Positions 40,216-51,419 of a stretch of DNA of 64,000 nucleotides are shown here, piece after piece. The notes beneath the pieces are model-generated. The model was not told where the DNA came from and searched no databases. It saw nothing but the letters and a program-made list of their open reading frames with translations. This DNA is from an uncultured Chloroflexia bacterium (GTDB lineage Bacteria > Chloroflexota > Limnocylindria > Limnocylindrales > CSP1-4): contig CAWEMV010000002.1 in NCBI GenBank assembly GCA_963810285.1, positions 1,757,177 to 1,821,176 on the forward strand, written 5' to 3'. The position numbers and the translations under genes were made by a program. The first letter of the stretch is position 1. Each line of letters starts with the position of its first letter.

Positions 40216-41115
40216 ATGCGATGTGAGGTACCCGATCTGGGAGGCGTGACGGTGAGCGTCGCTACCGTATCGCGCCGGCGCGCACCGCGCAGCGACCCGG
40301 TCGGGCGGGGTCCGACCAGTACCGATGGGTCACCCGCGACCCCGGACCGGGCCGTAGCGGACACCCCTGCTATCGTGCGGTCCGTGGAGGCCACCCTCAC
40401 CGATCCCTCTCCGACGGCGCCCCTCGGCAGCACGTCGCTCGAGGCGCGCTGGCTCGGGCGCATCGCATATCGCGACGCATATGTCCTCCAGAAGCGGCTC
40501 GTCGACGAGCGGGCGACCGGTCGGATCGGCGACCAGCTGCTCCTCCTCGAGCACCCGGCCGTCCTCACGCTCGGGAAGCACTCCGACCCGACACACATCC
40601 TCGCGACGGCCGAGGATCTGCGCGCGAGCGGGGTCGCCGTCGAGCGCGTCGAGCGTGGCGGCGAGGTCACGTACCACGGGCCGGGGCAGCTGGTCGCCTA
40701 TCCGATCGTGCGTCTGCACGAGCGGGGTCTGCTCCTGCGGCCGTTCGTCCGCGCGCTCGAGGCGGCGCTGATCGACACCTGCGCGTCACTCGGTGTCGCC
40801 GCCGAACGGCGCGACGGTCATCCCGGGTGCTGGTGCGATCCCACAGGGCCAGCGCCACGCAAGATCGGCGCCCTCGGCCTGCGGGTGGAGCGCGGGGTCA
40901 GCTACCACGGCATCGCGCTGAACGTCACGGTCGACCTCGGCGACTTCGACCTCATCGACCCGTGCGGGATGCCGGGGGTCGTGTCGACATCGATCGCCAC
41001 CGAGCTGGGGCGACCGACCGAGCTCCCGACCACGGAGTCGGTCGAGCGGGCCGCGTCGATCTTCGCCGCGGCGTTCGCCGCCGCGATCGACGCACCGCTG
41101 GCGTTCGCCGGCTGA
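40216..41115 (+). CDS. lipB: Octanoyltransferase LipB
   Basis: 'LLLLEHPAVLTLG', 'RGGEVTYHGPGQLVAYPI', 'RKIGALGLRV' and 'HGIALNV' are present. The true start is probably an internal GTG (40375 or 40384), because the N-terminal 55 aa or so of the ORF look non-conserved. Confidence 0.85.
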   Translation: MRCEVPDLGGVTVSVATVSRRRAPRSDPVGRGPTSTDGSPATPDRAVADTPAIVRSVEATLTDPSPTAPLGSTSLEARWLGRIAYRDAYVLQKRLVDERATGRIGDQLLLLEHPAVLTLGKHSDPTHILATAEDLRASGVAVERVERGGEVTYHGPGQLVAYPIVRLHERGLLLRPFVRALEAALIDTCASLGVAAERRDGHPGCWCDPTGPAPRKIGALGLRVERGVSYHGIALNVTVDLGDFDLIDPCGMPGVVSTSIATELGRPTELPTTESVERAASIFAAAFAAAIDAPLAFAG

Positions 41116-41122
41116 GCCGACC

Positions 41123-42124
41123 ATGGCGAGCGGGCTGTTCGAGCTCCGGAAGGACCCGATCACCAGCTGGTGGGTCGCCACGGTCGTGGACCGGGCGTTC
41201 CATCGTGACCGCTTCGCGCGCGCTGCCGAGGCCGTCGACGACCGGCTGTTCGGCTGCGCCAACTGCGCCGTCCCGGGCGACGGCGTGCGCACCAGGGTCC
41301 TGAAGGAGTACGCGTTCCACGTGGTGGGTACGGACACCGAGGCCCGCGAGCTCGAGCACGACCACGGGCTCGCTCAGGTGTCGCTGGCACAGGCGCGCGC
41401 GACCGGCTCATGGCGGACGGTCATCGCTCCGTCGGGCGAGCACCGGCCGCTGCACGCCGTCGGCACCGACCTCATCGAGGCGCTCGTCGCCGGCGCCCGA
41501 GACGCGCTGGCGGCTGCCCGCGACGACCCGCAGACCGAGTACCTGACGGTGGTCCAGAACTGGGGCGCCCAGGCCGGGGCGCGGACCAATCACCTGTGCC
41601 TCGACCTGTACGACCTGCCCCAGATCCCGCACCGCATCGCCGAGGAGCTCGGGGGCGCCGCGCGGTTCGTGATCCGCGAGGGCGAGTGTCCGTTCTGCCG
41701 GCTCGTGCGAGAGGAATCGCGACGACCGGAGCGGCTGGTCTGGGAGGACGGCGACAGCGTCGCATTCGCCCCGTATGCGTCGCGGTCGGCGTTCGAGATC
41801 TGGATCGTCCCGCGCCGGCACGACGCCGACTTCGGACGGGCCGACAGTGGCGTGATCACGGCCACGGCGGAGGCGCTCCGCCAGGTCCTCGGGGCGCTGG
41901 CAGGCGCCCTCGACGGTCCGCCCTACAACCTTGTCCTCCACACCGCGCCGCTGCGCGAGCAGGTCGACGGCACCTACCACTGGCACTGGGAGATCCATCC
42001 CCGGTTGCGCGAGATCGCCGGTCTCGAGCTGGGAACCGGCCTTCCGGTGAACCCCGTCTCACCCGAGGATGCGGTCGAGGAGCTGCTCGGCCGTGCCGAC
42101 GCGGAGGGAGGTGGGACGGGTTGA
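41123..42124 (+). CDS. GalT-like (galactose-1-phosphate uridylyltransferase / HIT superfamily) protein
   Basis: 333 aa with a two-half GalT architecture. The first half has 'ELRKDPITSWWV', Cys pair 'CANC' and '...ARTNHLCLDLY'. The second half has 'CPFC', 'FAPYASRSAFEIWIVPRRH' and 'YHWHWEIHPRL'. Confidence 0.7.
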   Translation: MASGLFELRKDPITSWWVATVVDRAFHRDRFARAAEAVDDRLFGCANCAVPGDGVRTRVLKEYAFHVVGTDTEARELEHDHGLAQVSLAQARATGSWRTVIAPSGEHRPLHAVGTDLIEALVAGARDALAAARDDPQTEYLTVVQNWGAQAGARTNHLCLDLYDLPQIPHRIAEELGGAARFVIREGECPFCRLVREESRRPERLVWEDGDSVAFAPYASRSAFEIWIVPRRHDADFGRADSGVITATAEALRQVLGALAGALDGPPYNLVLHTAPLREQVDGTYHWHWEIHPRLREIAGLELGTGLPVNPVSPEDAVEELLGRADAEGGGTG

Positions 42125-42323
42125 GGTTGGCGCGGCCCGATCGGGACGGGCGTCACACGTGGGGGAGGCGCCTCGTCTTTGCCACGTCGAGCGTGCGTAG
42201 CCCCCGTTGCATGCTCTCCCGTCCTGTCCGCTCGGAGCCGTCGTGGTCCTCGATCCATCCGCAACCGACCTGCGCGATCCATACGGCCGGCCGCTGCCCG
42301 TCGCTGCCCATCGGGGCCGCCCG

Positions 42324-42914
42324 ATGAGCGGCGCCTGGGATCGCGACGAGGCGGGGCGCTTCATCGAGGAGCTGTTCGCCAAGCACCACGGCGAGATCTA
42401 CGCGTACCTGTTCCGGATGATGCGCGACCCGGAGATCGCGGCGGACATGACCCAGGACGCGTTCATCAAGGCATACAAGAACTACGAGACGCTCGAGAAG
42501 CCGGAGAACGCCCGGGCGTGGCTGTACCAGATCGCCCACCGCGTCGCGCTCGACGAGATCCGTCGTCGCAAGATCGTCCGGTTCCTGCCGTGGACCGGCG
42601 AGTCGAAGGGGTCGGCGCCGTCCGCGGAGCACCTCGTGATGGACGCGCGCCTGTCGGGCGACCTCCAGCGTGCGCTGGCCCGGATCCCCGAGCGACAGCG
42701 CGCCGCGCTGCTGCTCGCCGAGCTGCACGACCTGACCGGGCTGGAGCTGGCCGAGGCGCTCGGCGTGAGCCACGTCGCCGCTCGGGCGCTGTTAACGCGT
42801 GCTCGTGAGTCGTTGCGCCAGGCACTCGCCGCCGAACGCGAGGCCGACGTCGCCGCCGAGGCCGCACGCGAGAGCGCCCGGGACGCGGGCCGAACGGCGG
42901 GGATCGATCGATGA
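42324..42914 (+). CDS. ECF-type RNA polymerase sigma factor
   Basis: Region 2 is 'DMTQDAFIKAY...ARAWLYQIAHRVALDEIRRR'. Region 4 is 'RQRAALLLAELHDLTGLELAEALGVSHVAARALLTRARESL'. The likely start is ATG 42324, and the ORF begins at 42207. Confidence 0.85.
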   Translation: MSGAWDRDEAGRFIEELFAKHHGEIYAYLFRMMRDPEIAADMTQDAFIKAYKNYETLEKPENARAWLYQIAHRVALDEIRRRKIVRFLPWTGESKGSAPSAEHLVMDARLSGDLQRALARIPERQRAALLLAELHDLTGLELAEALGVSHVAARALLTRARESLRQALAAEREADVAAEAARESARDAGRTAGIDR

Positions 42915-44683
42915 GCCGCTTCTCACGCCTGCGTCGCCGACCCGACCACTGGTCGAACGCCCACGAGCGGGCGACGAGCCGGTTGGCCGAGCGCATGGAC
43001 GGCCCGTTGGGGCTCGCCGAATCGACGTGGCTCGACGAGCATCTCGCCGGTTGCCCGTCGTGCACGGCGGTCGCGAATGCCTACGAGGACGACCGGCTGG
43101 CCCTGCGCGGCCTGCGCGACCATGCACCCGAACCACCGCGCGACCTGTGGGCACGGACGTCCGCGGGGATCGAGACGGTGGCGCCGAATCGACCGTCGAG
43201 CGGTCGCGATGCGCGGCGGCTCCCGATCGGCGCCTTGTCCGGCGTCATGGTCGTGGCCGTCGTCGTCGGGGCGAGCCTGCTGTCCGGCAGCCTCACGATC
43301 CAGCCGCCCGCCTCGTCGCCTGCCGTGACACCCGGCATCGCCGGTGGAGGCGGATCGAGTGCCGCGCCCAGCGAGCGGCCGGTCGCGGTCGATCCGACGC
43401 CGTTCGCGGTCGGCGCGGGTGACGTGTCGTGGGTGGACGCCGGGCCGAACGGCCGCGTCTATACCACCGCCGGCGTCAAGTCGGTCTGCCCGGTCAGGGG
43501 TGCGGCCGGCTGCCCGGCCCTCCGCGACACGCATGAGACCGCCCTGGCGATGAAGGGCACGCCGCGGACGATCATCAGCTCGCCGAGCCGGCAGCAGGTC
43601 GTCGCGATCGCGAACTCCGAGGAGACGGGCGATTCGATCACCGTCGTGGCGCTGCCCGAGGCGACCGCCGCCCCGACGCCATCGGCGACCGCGTCCGCCG
43701 AGCCATCGAGCCCGACACCGACGGACGCCAGCGCCAGTCCGGCCGCCTCGGCGTCGTCCACGTCCTCGGCCGAGCCGTCGCCGGACGCCAGCGCCGACCC
43801 GTCCGTCGAGCCCACCACCGAGCCGTCCGCGGAGCCGTCGGTCGTTCCGACCCAGAGCCCCGAGGCGACGGCGGCGGCCGAGCTGGCGATCGCCAGCGGG
43901 ATCGAGGTCGTCGGGGAGTCGGCCGCCTTCTCGCCCGATGGAGCGTGGTTCGCGTTCACGGCCCGCCCCGGCGACGGGTCCGGCGGCCCCGATGTCTACG
44001 CGTGGCACGTCGGTGACGCCAGTGCGGAGCCGTTGACCGACGATGGCGCCTCGTACTTCGCTTCGTGGTCCGGTGACGACGTCATCGCCAGCCGGCCGAA
44101 CGACCCCGCCGCGACCGACCCGACGCCGCGCAGCGTGCGCATCGATCCGGCCACGGGCGACGAGTCCGACGTCGGGGACCTGTGGCGACCGGCCGTCGAT
44201 CCGACGGGCCGGTTCGCGATCGCCTGGGATGGCACCCTCGAGCGCATCGACGACGCCAGCTCGTGGGCCCCGGGCACCGGTACCCTCGAGCTCCGGCCGT
44301 GGACCGACGACGGACCCGCCGACGCGACCGGTCCGGACGGCGATCGCGTCGTGAGCGATGACGCCGGCGCCGACTACGACGTCCGCTGGGACGAGACGGG
44401 CGAGTGGGTCGCGGTGTGGGTCGCCGATCCGCGCGACCCGGCCGTCGGTCGCCTGACCCTGTATCACGTCGACACCGACGCCGGGCGCCTCGAAGTCGTC
44501 GATGGCGCGCCGTCCGACGTCGCGGCCCTGCCCGGCATCTCGATCGGCGACGGCCGGCTCGCGTGGGCGACACCGCGCGGCCAGGGCGGTGAGGGGAGCC
44601 GCATCCAGATCGCGGCCTGGTCGCCGACCGGCGTCGGGATCGTCGAAAGCTCGCCCGGCGAGGACATCGTCGTCATCCGCTGA
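42911..44683 (+). CDS. Anti-sigma factor (zf-HC2) with TM segment, Pro/Ser/Thr/Ala-rich linker and PD40/TolB-like beta-propeller domain
   Basis: The start forms an ATGA overlap with the sigma gene. 'HLAGCPSC' matches H-x3-C-x2-C. The TM segment is 'IGALSGVMVVAVVVGASLL'. 'FSPDGAWFAFTA' is a PD40-like repeat. Confidence 0.75.
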   Translation: MSRFSRLRRRPDHWSNAHERATSRLAERMDGPLGLAESTWLDEHLAGCPSCTAVANAYEDDRLALRGLRDHAPEPPRDLWARTSAGIETVAPNRPSSGRDARRLPIGALSGVMVVAVVVGASLLSGSLTIQPPASSPAVTPGIAGGGGSSAAPSERPVAVDPTPFAVGAGDVSWVDAGPNGRVYTTAGVKSVCPVRGAAGCPALRDTHETALAMKGTPRTIISSPSRQQVVAIANSEETGDSITVVALPEATAAPTPSATASAEPSSPTPTDASASPAASASSTSSAEPSPDASADPSVEPTTEPSAEPSVVPTQSPEATAAAELAIASGIEVVGESAAFSPDGAWFAFTARPGDGSGGPDVYAWHVGDASAEPLTDDGASYFASWSGDDVIASRPNDPAATDPTPRSVRIDPATGDESDVGDLWRPAVDPTGRFAIAWDGTLERIDDASSWAPGTGTLELRPWTDDGPADATGPDGDRVVSDDAGADYDVRWDETGEWVAVWVADPRDPAVGRLTLYHVDTDAGRLEVVDGAPSDVAALPGISIGDGRLAWATPRGQGGEGSRIQIAAWSPTGVGIVESSPGEDIVVIR

Positions 44684-44752
44684 GCCGCGGGCGCGCAGGC
44701 CGGCACCGGCCATGCACGCACCGTCCGGGCGGCGTATCGTTCCCGCCCTATC

Positions 44753-45313
44753 GTGTTTCGACCAAGATGGTTGGTCGCAGGGTCGGTGATCAGCACCGCC
44801 CTCGCCCTGGTCTCGCTGCCGGGTCTGGCCGGCTCCCGCGTCCCCAGCGCCGTGGAGCCCGTCCCCGCCGGAGCGTTCCAGCCGTACTCGGTATCCGCGC
44901 AGGACCTGCGATCGGCCCTCACGATCGCGGGGCTCGACGGTGCCCATCGTTCGGACGGGATGGTCGACGGGTCGACCACGTTCTTCGAGCCGGGCGCGGA
45001 GCCCGACAAGGGCCCGACCCGGCGGACGTCGGTCGACCAGCCGGAGGTCGCCTTCGACTCCGCGCGGAAGCCCCCGAGGTACACGCTGAGCGGCGACGCG
45101 ACGTTCTATGACCACGGCACGACCGCGATGCGCCTGCCCGCCGGAACGGTCGTGATCATCTGCGGCGGCGGAGGGTGCATCGAACGGGTCGTCAGCGACT
45201 ACGGGCCGACCGCCCAGGACCGGGTCGTCGACCTGTACCGGCCGGACTTCTTCGAGATCTGCGGCTGCCCGTCGTGGAGCGGGGTGACCGACGTCACGGT
45301 CCACGTCTACTGA
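44753..45313 (+). CDS. Secreted RlpA-like double-psi beta-barrel (DPBB) protein
   Basis: GTG start with a signal peptide. The C-terminal domain 'GDATFYDHGTTAMRLPAGTVVIICGGGGCIERVVSDYGP...VVDLYRPDFFEI' is RlpA/expansin-like. Confidence 0.7.
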   Translation: MFRPRWLVAGSVISTALALVSLPGLAGSRVPSAVEPVPAGAFQPYSVSAQDLRSALTIAGLDGAHRSDGMVDGSTTFFEPGAEPDKGPTRRTSVDQPEVAFDSARKPPRYTLSGDATFYDHGTTAMRLPAGTVVIICGGGGCIERVVSDYGPTAQDRVVDLYRPDFFEICGCPSWSGVTDVTVHVY

Positions 45314-45379
45314 GCTCCGGTGAACGCCCGGCGCTGACCGGGAGCGGGCCGCGGTATCCTTCTCGCTGACCCTTCGGCG

Positions 45380-47031
<1,652 letters not shown>

Positions 47032-47035
<4 letters not shown>

Positions 47036-48408
47036 CGGACGTGGACCTGAGCGGCGTCTGGCTGGTCGATCCGGCAGTCGGGCGTGAGGGTCCGGGCGAG
47101 ATCGTGGTCCGGGACGGGATCCTCGAGGCGGTCACGTGGCGGGACGGGGCAGGGTCCGACGGCGTCACCGCCGACGGCGTCATCGTGGCGCCGGGCTTCG
47201 TCGACCTGCATGCCCACCTGCGCGAGCCTGGCAACGAGGACGCCGAGACCGTCGCCACCGGTCTCGCAGCGGCGGCCCATGGCGGGTTCACGACGGTCTG
47301 CGCGATGCCGAACACGACGCCGGCGCTGGACGAGCCCGGGGTCCTGGCCGCGATCCGGGCTGCCGCTGCGGCGTCGGGCTCACCGGTCGAGCTGCTCGCG
47401 TACGGGGCCGTGACCGCGGGTCGCGCCGGCGAGACGCTGGCGGCCCTCGGCGAGCTCGCCGACTCGGGTGTCGTCGGGTTCTCCGACGACGGCGCGCCGG
47501 TGCGCGCCGCCGCCATCCTTCGGCACGCGCTGACCTATGCCGGCGCCCTCGGACTGCCGATCGTCGACCATCCCGAGGACGCTACCCAGACCGAGGGCGC
47601 CGAGGCCAACGACGGTCTCGTCGCCACCGTGCTCGGACTGCGCGGCTGGCCCGCGTCGGCCGAGGAGACGGCCGTGGCGCGCGACCTGGCGATCCTCGTC
47701 GACGTGCGTCGGGACGTCCCGGGCGCCCGACTCCACCTCACCCACGTCTCGACCGCGGGTGCCCTGGAGCTCGTCCGGCGTGCCAAGGCGGAGGGTCTGC
47801 CGGTCACCTGCGACGTGACGCCCCACCATCTCGCCCTCTCCGACGAATGGGTCGCGGGCGCGCGCCGGTTCGGTTGGGAGGCGGGGCCGAACGGCGATCC
47901 GTGGCGCGACGGGGCGATCGTCGCCACGCCATACGCGTCGTCACTGCGGGTCAACCCGCCGTTGCGGACGCCGGCCGACGTGCTTGCCTGTCTGGCGGCC
48001 GTCGCCGACGGCACTGCCGATGCGATCGCCACCGACCACGCACCGCACACCGAGGTCGACAAGGCGGTCGAGTTCGGTCTGGCGGCGAACGGGATCAGCG
48101 GCATCGAGACCGCGCTCGGGCTGGTGCTCGCCGCGGTCGATGCCGGACAGCTGTCGCTCGCCCGCGCGATCGCCACGCTGACGGTCGGACCGGCCGCGAT
48201 CGCCGGCCGGGCGCGCGGCCTGGTCGAGGGCGAACGGGCCGACCTCGTCGTGTTCGACCGCTCCGAGCGCTGGACGGTCGACCCCGACGCGTTGCTGTCG
48301 AAGGGTCGGAACACGCCGCTGGCCGGGCTCGAGCTGCCCGGCCGCGTGCTCCTGACGATGGCTGCCGGCCGGGTGGCATACGAGGCGCCCGCACTCGTCT
48401 CCGTCTGA
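47032..48408 (+). CDS. pyrC: Dihydroorotase
   Basis: GTG 47032 forms a GTGA overlap with pyrB, in the frame of ORF 46639..48408. 'GFVDLHAHLREPG', 'AAAHGGFTTV', 'HLTHVST' and 'ATDHAPH' are present. Confidence 0.9.
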
Positions 48409-48580
48409 CGCATCGTTTGCCGGGTTGCTGCCGAGGTGCAGTCCGGTCCCACGACATTGCGTCGTGGGTCGCCGATGCAACGGATAGGTCCGTTCCGGCG
48501 TCATCCACGTACACATGTCGGGACGAACATCGAACGAAACCCGACGCCAAAGCGCCCCTACAGGTGCGGAGACAGATGAG

Positions 48581-48787
48581 ATGGACACCAACGAGACGAC
48601 CGCTAGCTCCAGTTCAGAACACGAGCCTCGATCGGGCTGCCTGGTCGAAGGGTGTCCGTGCCGGGACGCCCGCATCGTCTCCCACCGTCGAGCCAGGTTC
48701 TACGCGCATCTGGCGGTCGTGACCGGCGAGACGGCGCAGCGCGTGATCCCGCCGGATCCGGGCTGGCAACTGCCTCGCCCCGCATGA
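48581..48787 (+). CDS. Small hypothetical ORF (68 aa; 'GCLVEGCPC' motif)
   Basis: ATG 48581 lies 8 nt after GGAGA, within ORF 48515..48787. Third-position GC is lower than in neighbouring genes, so coding status is doubtful. Confidence 0.3.
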   Translation: MDTNETTASSSSEHEPRSGCLVEGCPCRDARIVSHRRARFYAHLAVVTGETAQRVIPPDPGWQLPRPA

Positions 48788-48843
48788 CCTAGATCGTCGC
48801 GCCCGGCGCCCGCCGGGAACGGCGGCTCGGGTACGCTCGGGGC

Positions 48844-50172
48844 ATGGCGACGACCCCGCCCCTCAACACTGACTATGAGCGCCGGCCATTCTGGCATGCA
48901 TCGATGCCGGCGCTGCCGGATCGGTCCGGTCGCGAGCTTCCGGCCGAGACCGGCGTGGTCGTGGTCGGCGGCGGCTACGCGGGCATCACGGCCGCGCGCG
49001 AGCTCGCGCGGCGCGGCGTGGCCGTCACGGTGCTCGAGGCCCATACCCTCGGCTGGGGTGCGTCGACGCGCAACGGCGGCATCGTCCATGCCGGCTACAA
49101 GTGGAGCGCGGGCCAGCTCATCAAGCGCTACGGCGCCGAGACCGGCACGGCGCTCTACCAGGAGACGCTCGAGTCGTACGACCTCGTCCGGCGGCTGATC
49201 GACGATGAGGGGATCGACTGCGACTTCCGGGAGGTCGGTCACCTCGAGCTGGCGTATGCGCCGATCCACGCACCCGAGCTTCACGACGCGCGAGAGAGCC
49301 TGGCGTCGGTCGGCGTGCCCTCGACGGTCGTGCCGCGCGAGCGCATCCGCGAGGAGATCGGCAGCGACGCGTACTTCGGGGCCCTGGCGGTCGAGGGCAG
49401 CGGGCTCCTCCATCCTGGGCGCTACTTCGCAGGGCTCGCCGCCGCCGCCGACCGCGCGGGAGCGGATCTCCACGAAGGCGTCCGGGCGCGCCGCATCCGG
49501 CGCGAGCGCGATGGGACGTTCCTTGTCGAGACGACCCGAGGCACCGTGCGCGCTCGGGACGTCTTCGTGGCGACCAACGGCTACACCGACGGTGTCATGC
49601 CATGGCTGCGACGACGGGTCATCCCGATCGGGTCGTACATCATCGCCTCGGAGCCGCTCCCGGCCGACCTGGCACACGAGCTGTCGCCGAAGGGCCGGGC
49701 CTTCTTCGACACGAAGAACTTCCTGTACTACTGGCACGTGTCGGCTGACCGCCGGATGGTGTTCGGCGGCCGTGCGTCGTTCATGCCGACATCCATCGAC
49801 CACACCGCCGGGATCCTGTGGCGCGGGCTGCTCGAGGTGCACCCGCAGCTGGCAGACCACCGCATCGAGTACGCCTGGGGCGGCAACGTCGGCTTCACCT
49901 TCGACCGCATGCCGCATGTCGGGCGGACGAAGGACGGGGTCGCGTACGCGATGGGCTGTTGCGGCTCGGGCGTGGCGCTCATGACCAACCTCGGCACGAA
50001 GGTCGGCGCGTGGCTGGCGGGGGACGAGGCGCCGAGCCTGGCGCGACTGCGCTTCCCGCTCGTGCCGGCGCCGTACGAGGGCCATCCGTGGTTCATGCCC
50101 ATCGCAGGCGAGTGGTACCGCCTGCAGGACCGGCTCGCCGCGCGCACCCGAACCATGGATAGTCAGCACTGA
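48844..50172 (+). CDS. FAD-dependent oxidoreductase (DAO family)
   Basis: 442 aa with the dinucleotide fold 'VVVGGGYAGITAARELARRG'. The length and pattern match glycine/D-amino-acid-oxidase-type enzymes. Confidence 0.85.
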   Translation: MATTPPLNTDYERRPFWHASMPALPDRSGRELPAETGVVVVGGGYAGITAARELARRGVAVTVLEAHTLGWGASTRNGGIVHAGYKWSAGQLIKRYGAETGTALYQETLESYDLVRRLIDDEGIDCDFREVGHLELAYAPIHAPELHDARESLASVGVPSTVVPRERIREEIGSDAYFGALAVEGSGLLHPGRYFAGLAAAADRAGADLHEGVRARRIRRERDGTFLVETTRGTVRARDVFVATNGYTDGVMPWLRRRVIPIGSYIIASEPLPADLAHELSPKGRAFFDTKNFLYYWHVSADRRMVFGGRASFMPTSIDHTAGILWRGLLEVHPQLADHRIEYAWGGNVGFTFDRMPHVGRTKDGVAYAMGCCGSGVALMTNLGTKVGAWLAGDEAPSLARLRFPLVPAPYEGHPWFMPIAGEWYRLQDRLAARTRTMDSQH

Positions 50173-50197
50173 CATCGACCGCATCGGAGTCCGTCAC

Positions 50198-50602
50198 ATG
50201 TCCGAGACCACCGACCTGCTGGCCAAGGTGCCGTTGCTCGCCAGCCTCGACATCAAGGACCTGGAGCGCCTCGCCCGCGATTTCAGCGAGCGGACGTTCC
50301 CGGCCGGGAGTGTCGTCGTACGCGAGGGCGACAGCCACGGGATGGGCTTCTTCATCGTCGCCGAGGGCGAGGGCGTCGTCACCGTGGGCGGCAAGGAGGT
50401 CGACACGGTGGGCCCCGGCAGCTATTTCGGCGAGGTGGCCCTGATCAGCGACCGCGTACGGACCGCGACGGTGACCGCCACGACCGACCTGCGCACGCTG
50501 GTCATGACGTTCTGGGATTTCCGGGCGTTCGTGCGGGGCGATGCCGAGGTCGCCTGGAAGCTGCTGGAGCACGTCGGCGGGCTGTTGCACGGTCGTGGCT
50601 GA
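50198..50602 (+). CDS. Stand-alone cyclic-nucleotide-binding domain protein (134 aa)
   Basis: 'FPAGSVVVREGDSHGMGFFIVAEGEGVV' and 'GSYFGEVALISDRVRTATVTA' are canonical cNMP-binding motifs. There is no output domain. Confidence 0.8.
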   Translation: MSETTDLLAKVPLLASLDIKDLERLARDFSERTFPAGSVVVREGDSHGMGFFIVAEGEGVVTVGGKEVDTVGPGSYFGEVALISDRVRTATVTATTDLRTLVMTFWDFRAFVRGDAEVAWKLLEHVGGLLHGRG

Positions 50603-51419
50603 GGCGCCGTCGGACCGCCTGCCCCTCGCGGTCCAGCTGTACACGTTCCACGACCCGGCCCGCTTCGGTGGGACAGGGCTGGGTCTCGACGTGTCGACGC
50701 TGACGGCGATCGCGGATTCCGGCTTCCTCGGCGTCGAGACGGTGGGTGTCCCGGGTGACGACCCGGTCGAGGCCAGACGAGTGCTGGACGACCTCGGCCT
50801 GCGCGTCGCGAGCTCCCACGCGTGGGCTGAGCCCGCCGATCTCGACACGATCGCGGCGGCCGCCGACGCGTTCGCCGAGCTGGGATCGCCCCGGATGATC
50901 CTTACACCGCGCCCGCCCATCGACTCGGCCGACGCGGTCGACGCATATTGCGATCAGCTGGTCGCGGCGGCGGAGGTGGCGAGCCGCAGCGGCGTGCGAT
51001 TCGGCTACCACAACCACGACAACGAGCTGCGCTCGGTCGACGGCGTCCGGGTCATCGACCGCATGGCGACCCGCGTCGGCGACGCCCTCGACTTCCAGGT
51101 CGACATCTTCTGGGTCGTCGTCGGCGGCGCCGATCCGGCGGAGGTCATCGGGCGATTGGGCGAGCGGGTCGTGTCGCTCCACCTGAAGGACGGCGTCGAC
51201 CTGCCGAGCTCCGCATACGCCGACGAGCCGTTCGTCAATGTGCCGGTCGGCAATGGGGTGGTCGATCCTGCGCCGGCCGTCGCGGCGTTGGCGGCGCTGC
51301 CGTCGGCCGAGTGGCTCATCGTCGAGTTCGATCACGTCGAAGGGTCGGCGATCGATGCCGTCCGGGAGAGCGCCACGAACCTGATCGCGCGAGGCCTGGC
51401 CCGCGGCCGCGACGCGTGA
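50595..51419 (+). CDS. Sugar phosphate isomerase/epimerase (xylose-isomerase-like TIM barrel)
   Basis: The in-frame GTG 50595 overlaps the previous stop. 'LAVQLYTF', 'GFLGVE', 'FGYHNH' and 'HLKD' match the AP_endonuc_2 family pattern. Confidence 0.8.
   Translation: MAEAPSDRLPLAVQLYTFHDPARFGGTGLGLDVSTLTAIADSGFLGVETVGVPGDDPVEARRVLDDLGLRVASSHAWAEPADLDTIAAAADAFAELGSPRMILTPRPPIDSADAVDAYCDQLVAAAEVASRSGVRFGYHNHDNELRSVDGVRVIDRMATRVGDALDFQVDIFWVVVGGADPAEVIGRLGERVVSLHLKDGVDLPSSAYADEPFVNVPVGNGVVDPAPAVAALAALPSAEWLIVEFDHVEGSAIDAVRESATNLIARGLARGRDA

Noticed and set aside
42125-42323. Search for an ECF-type autoregulatory promoter upstream of the sigma gene. The direct repeat cgatccat occurs twice at about 42247-42285.
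   Set aside because: There is no GGAAC-N16/17-CGT-like pair. The short direct repeat alone is not sufficient evidence for a regulatory site.
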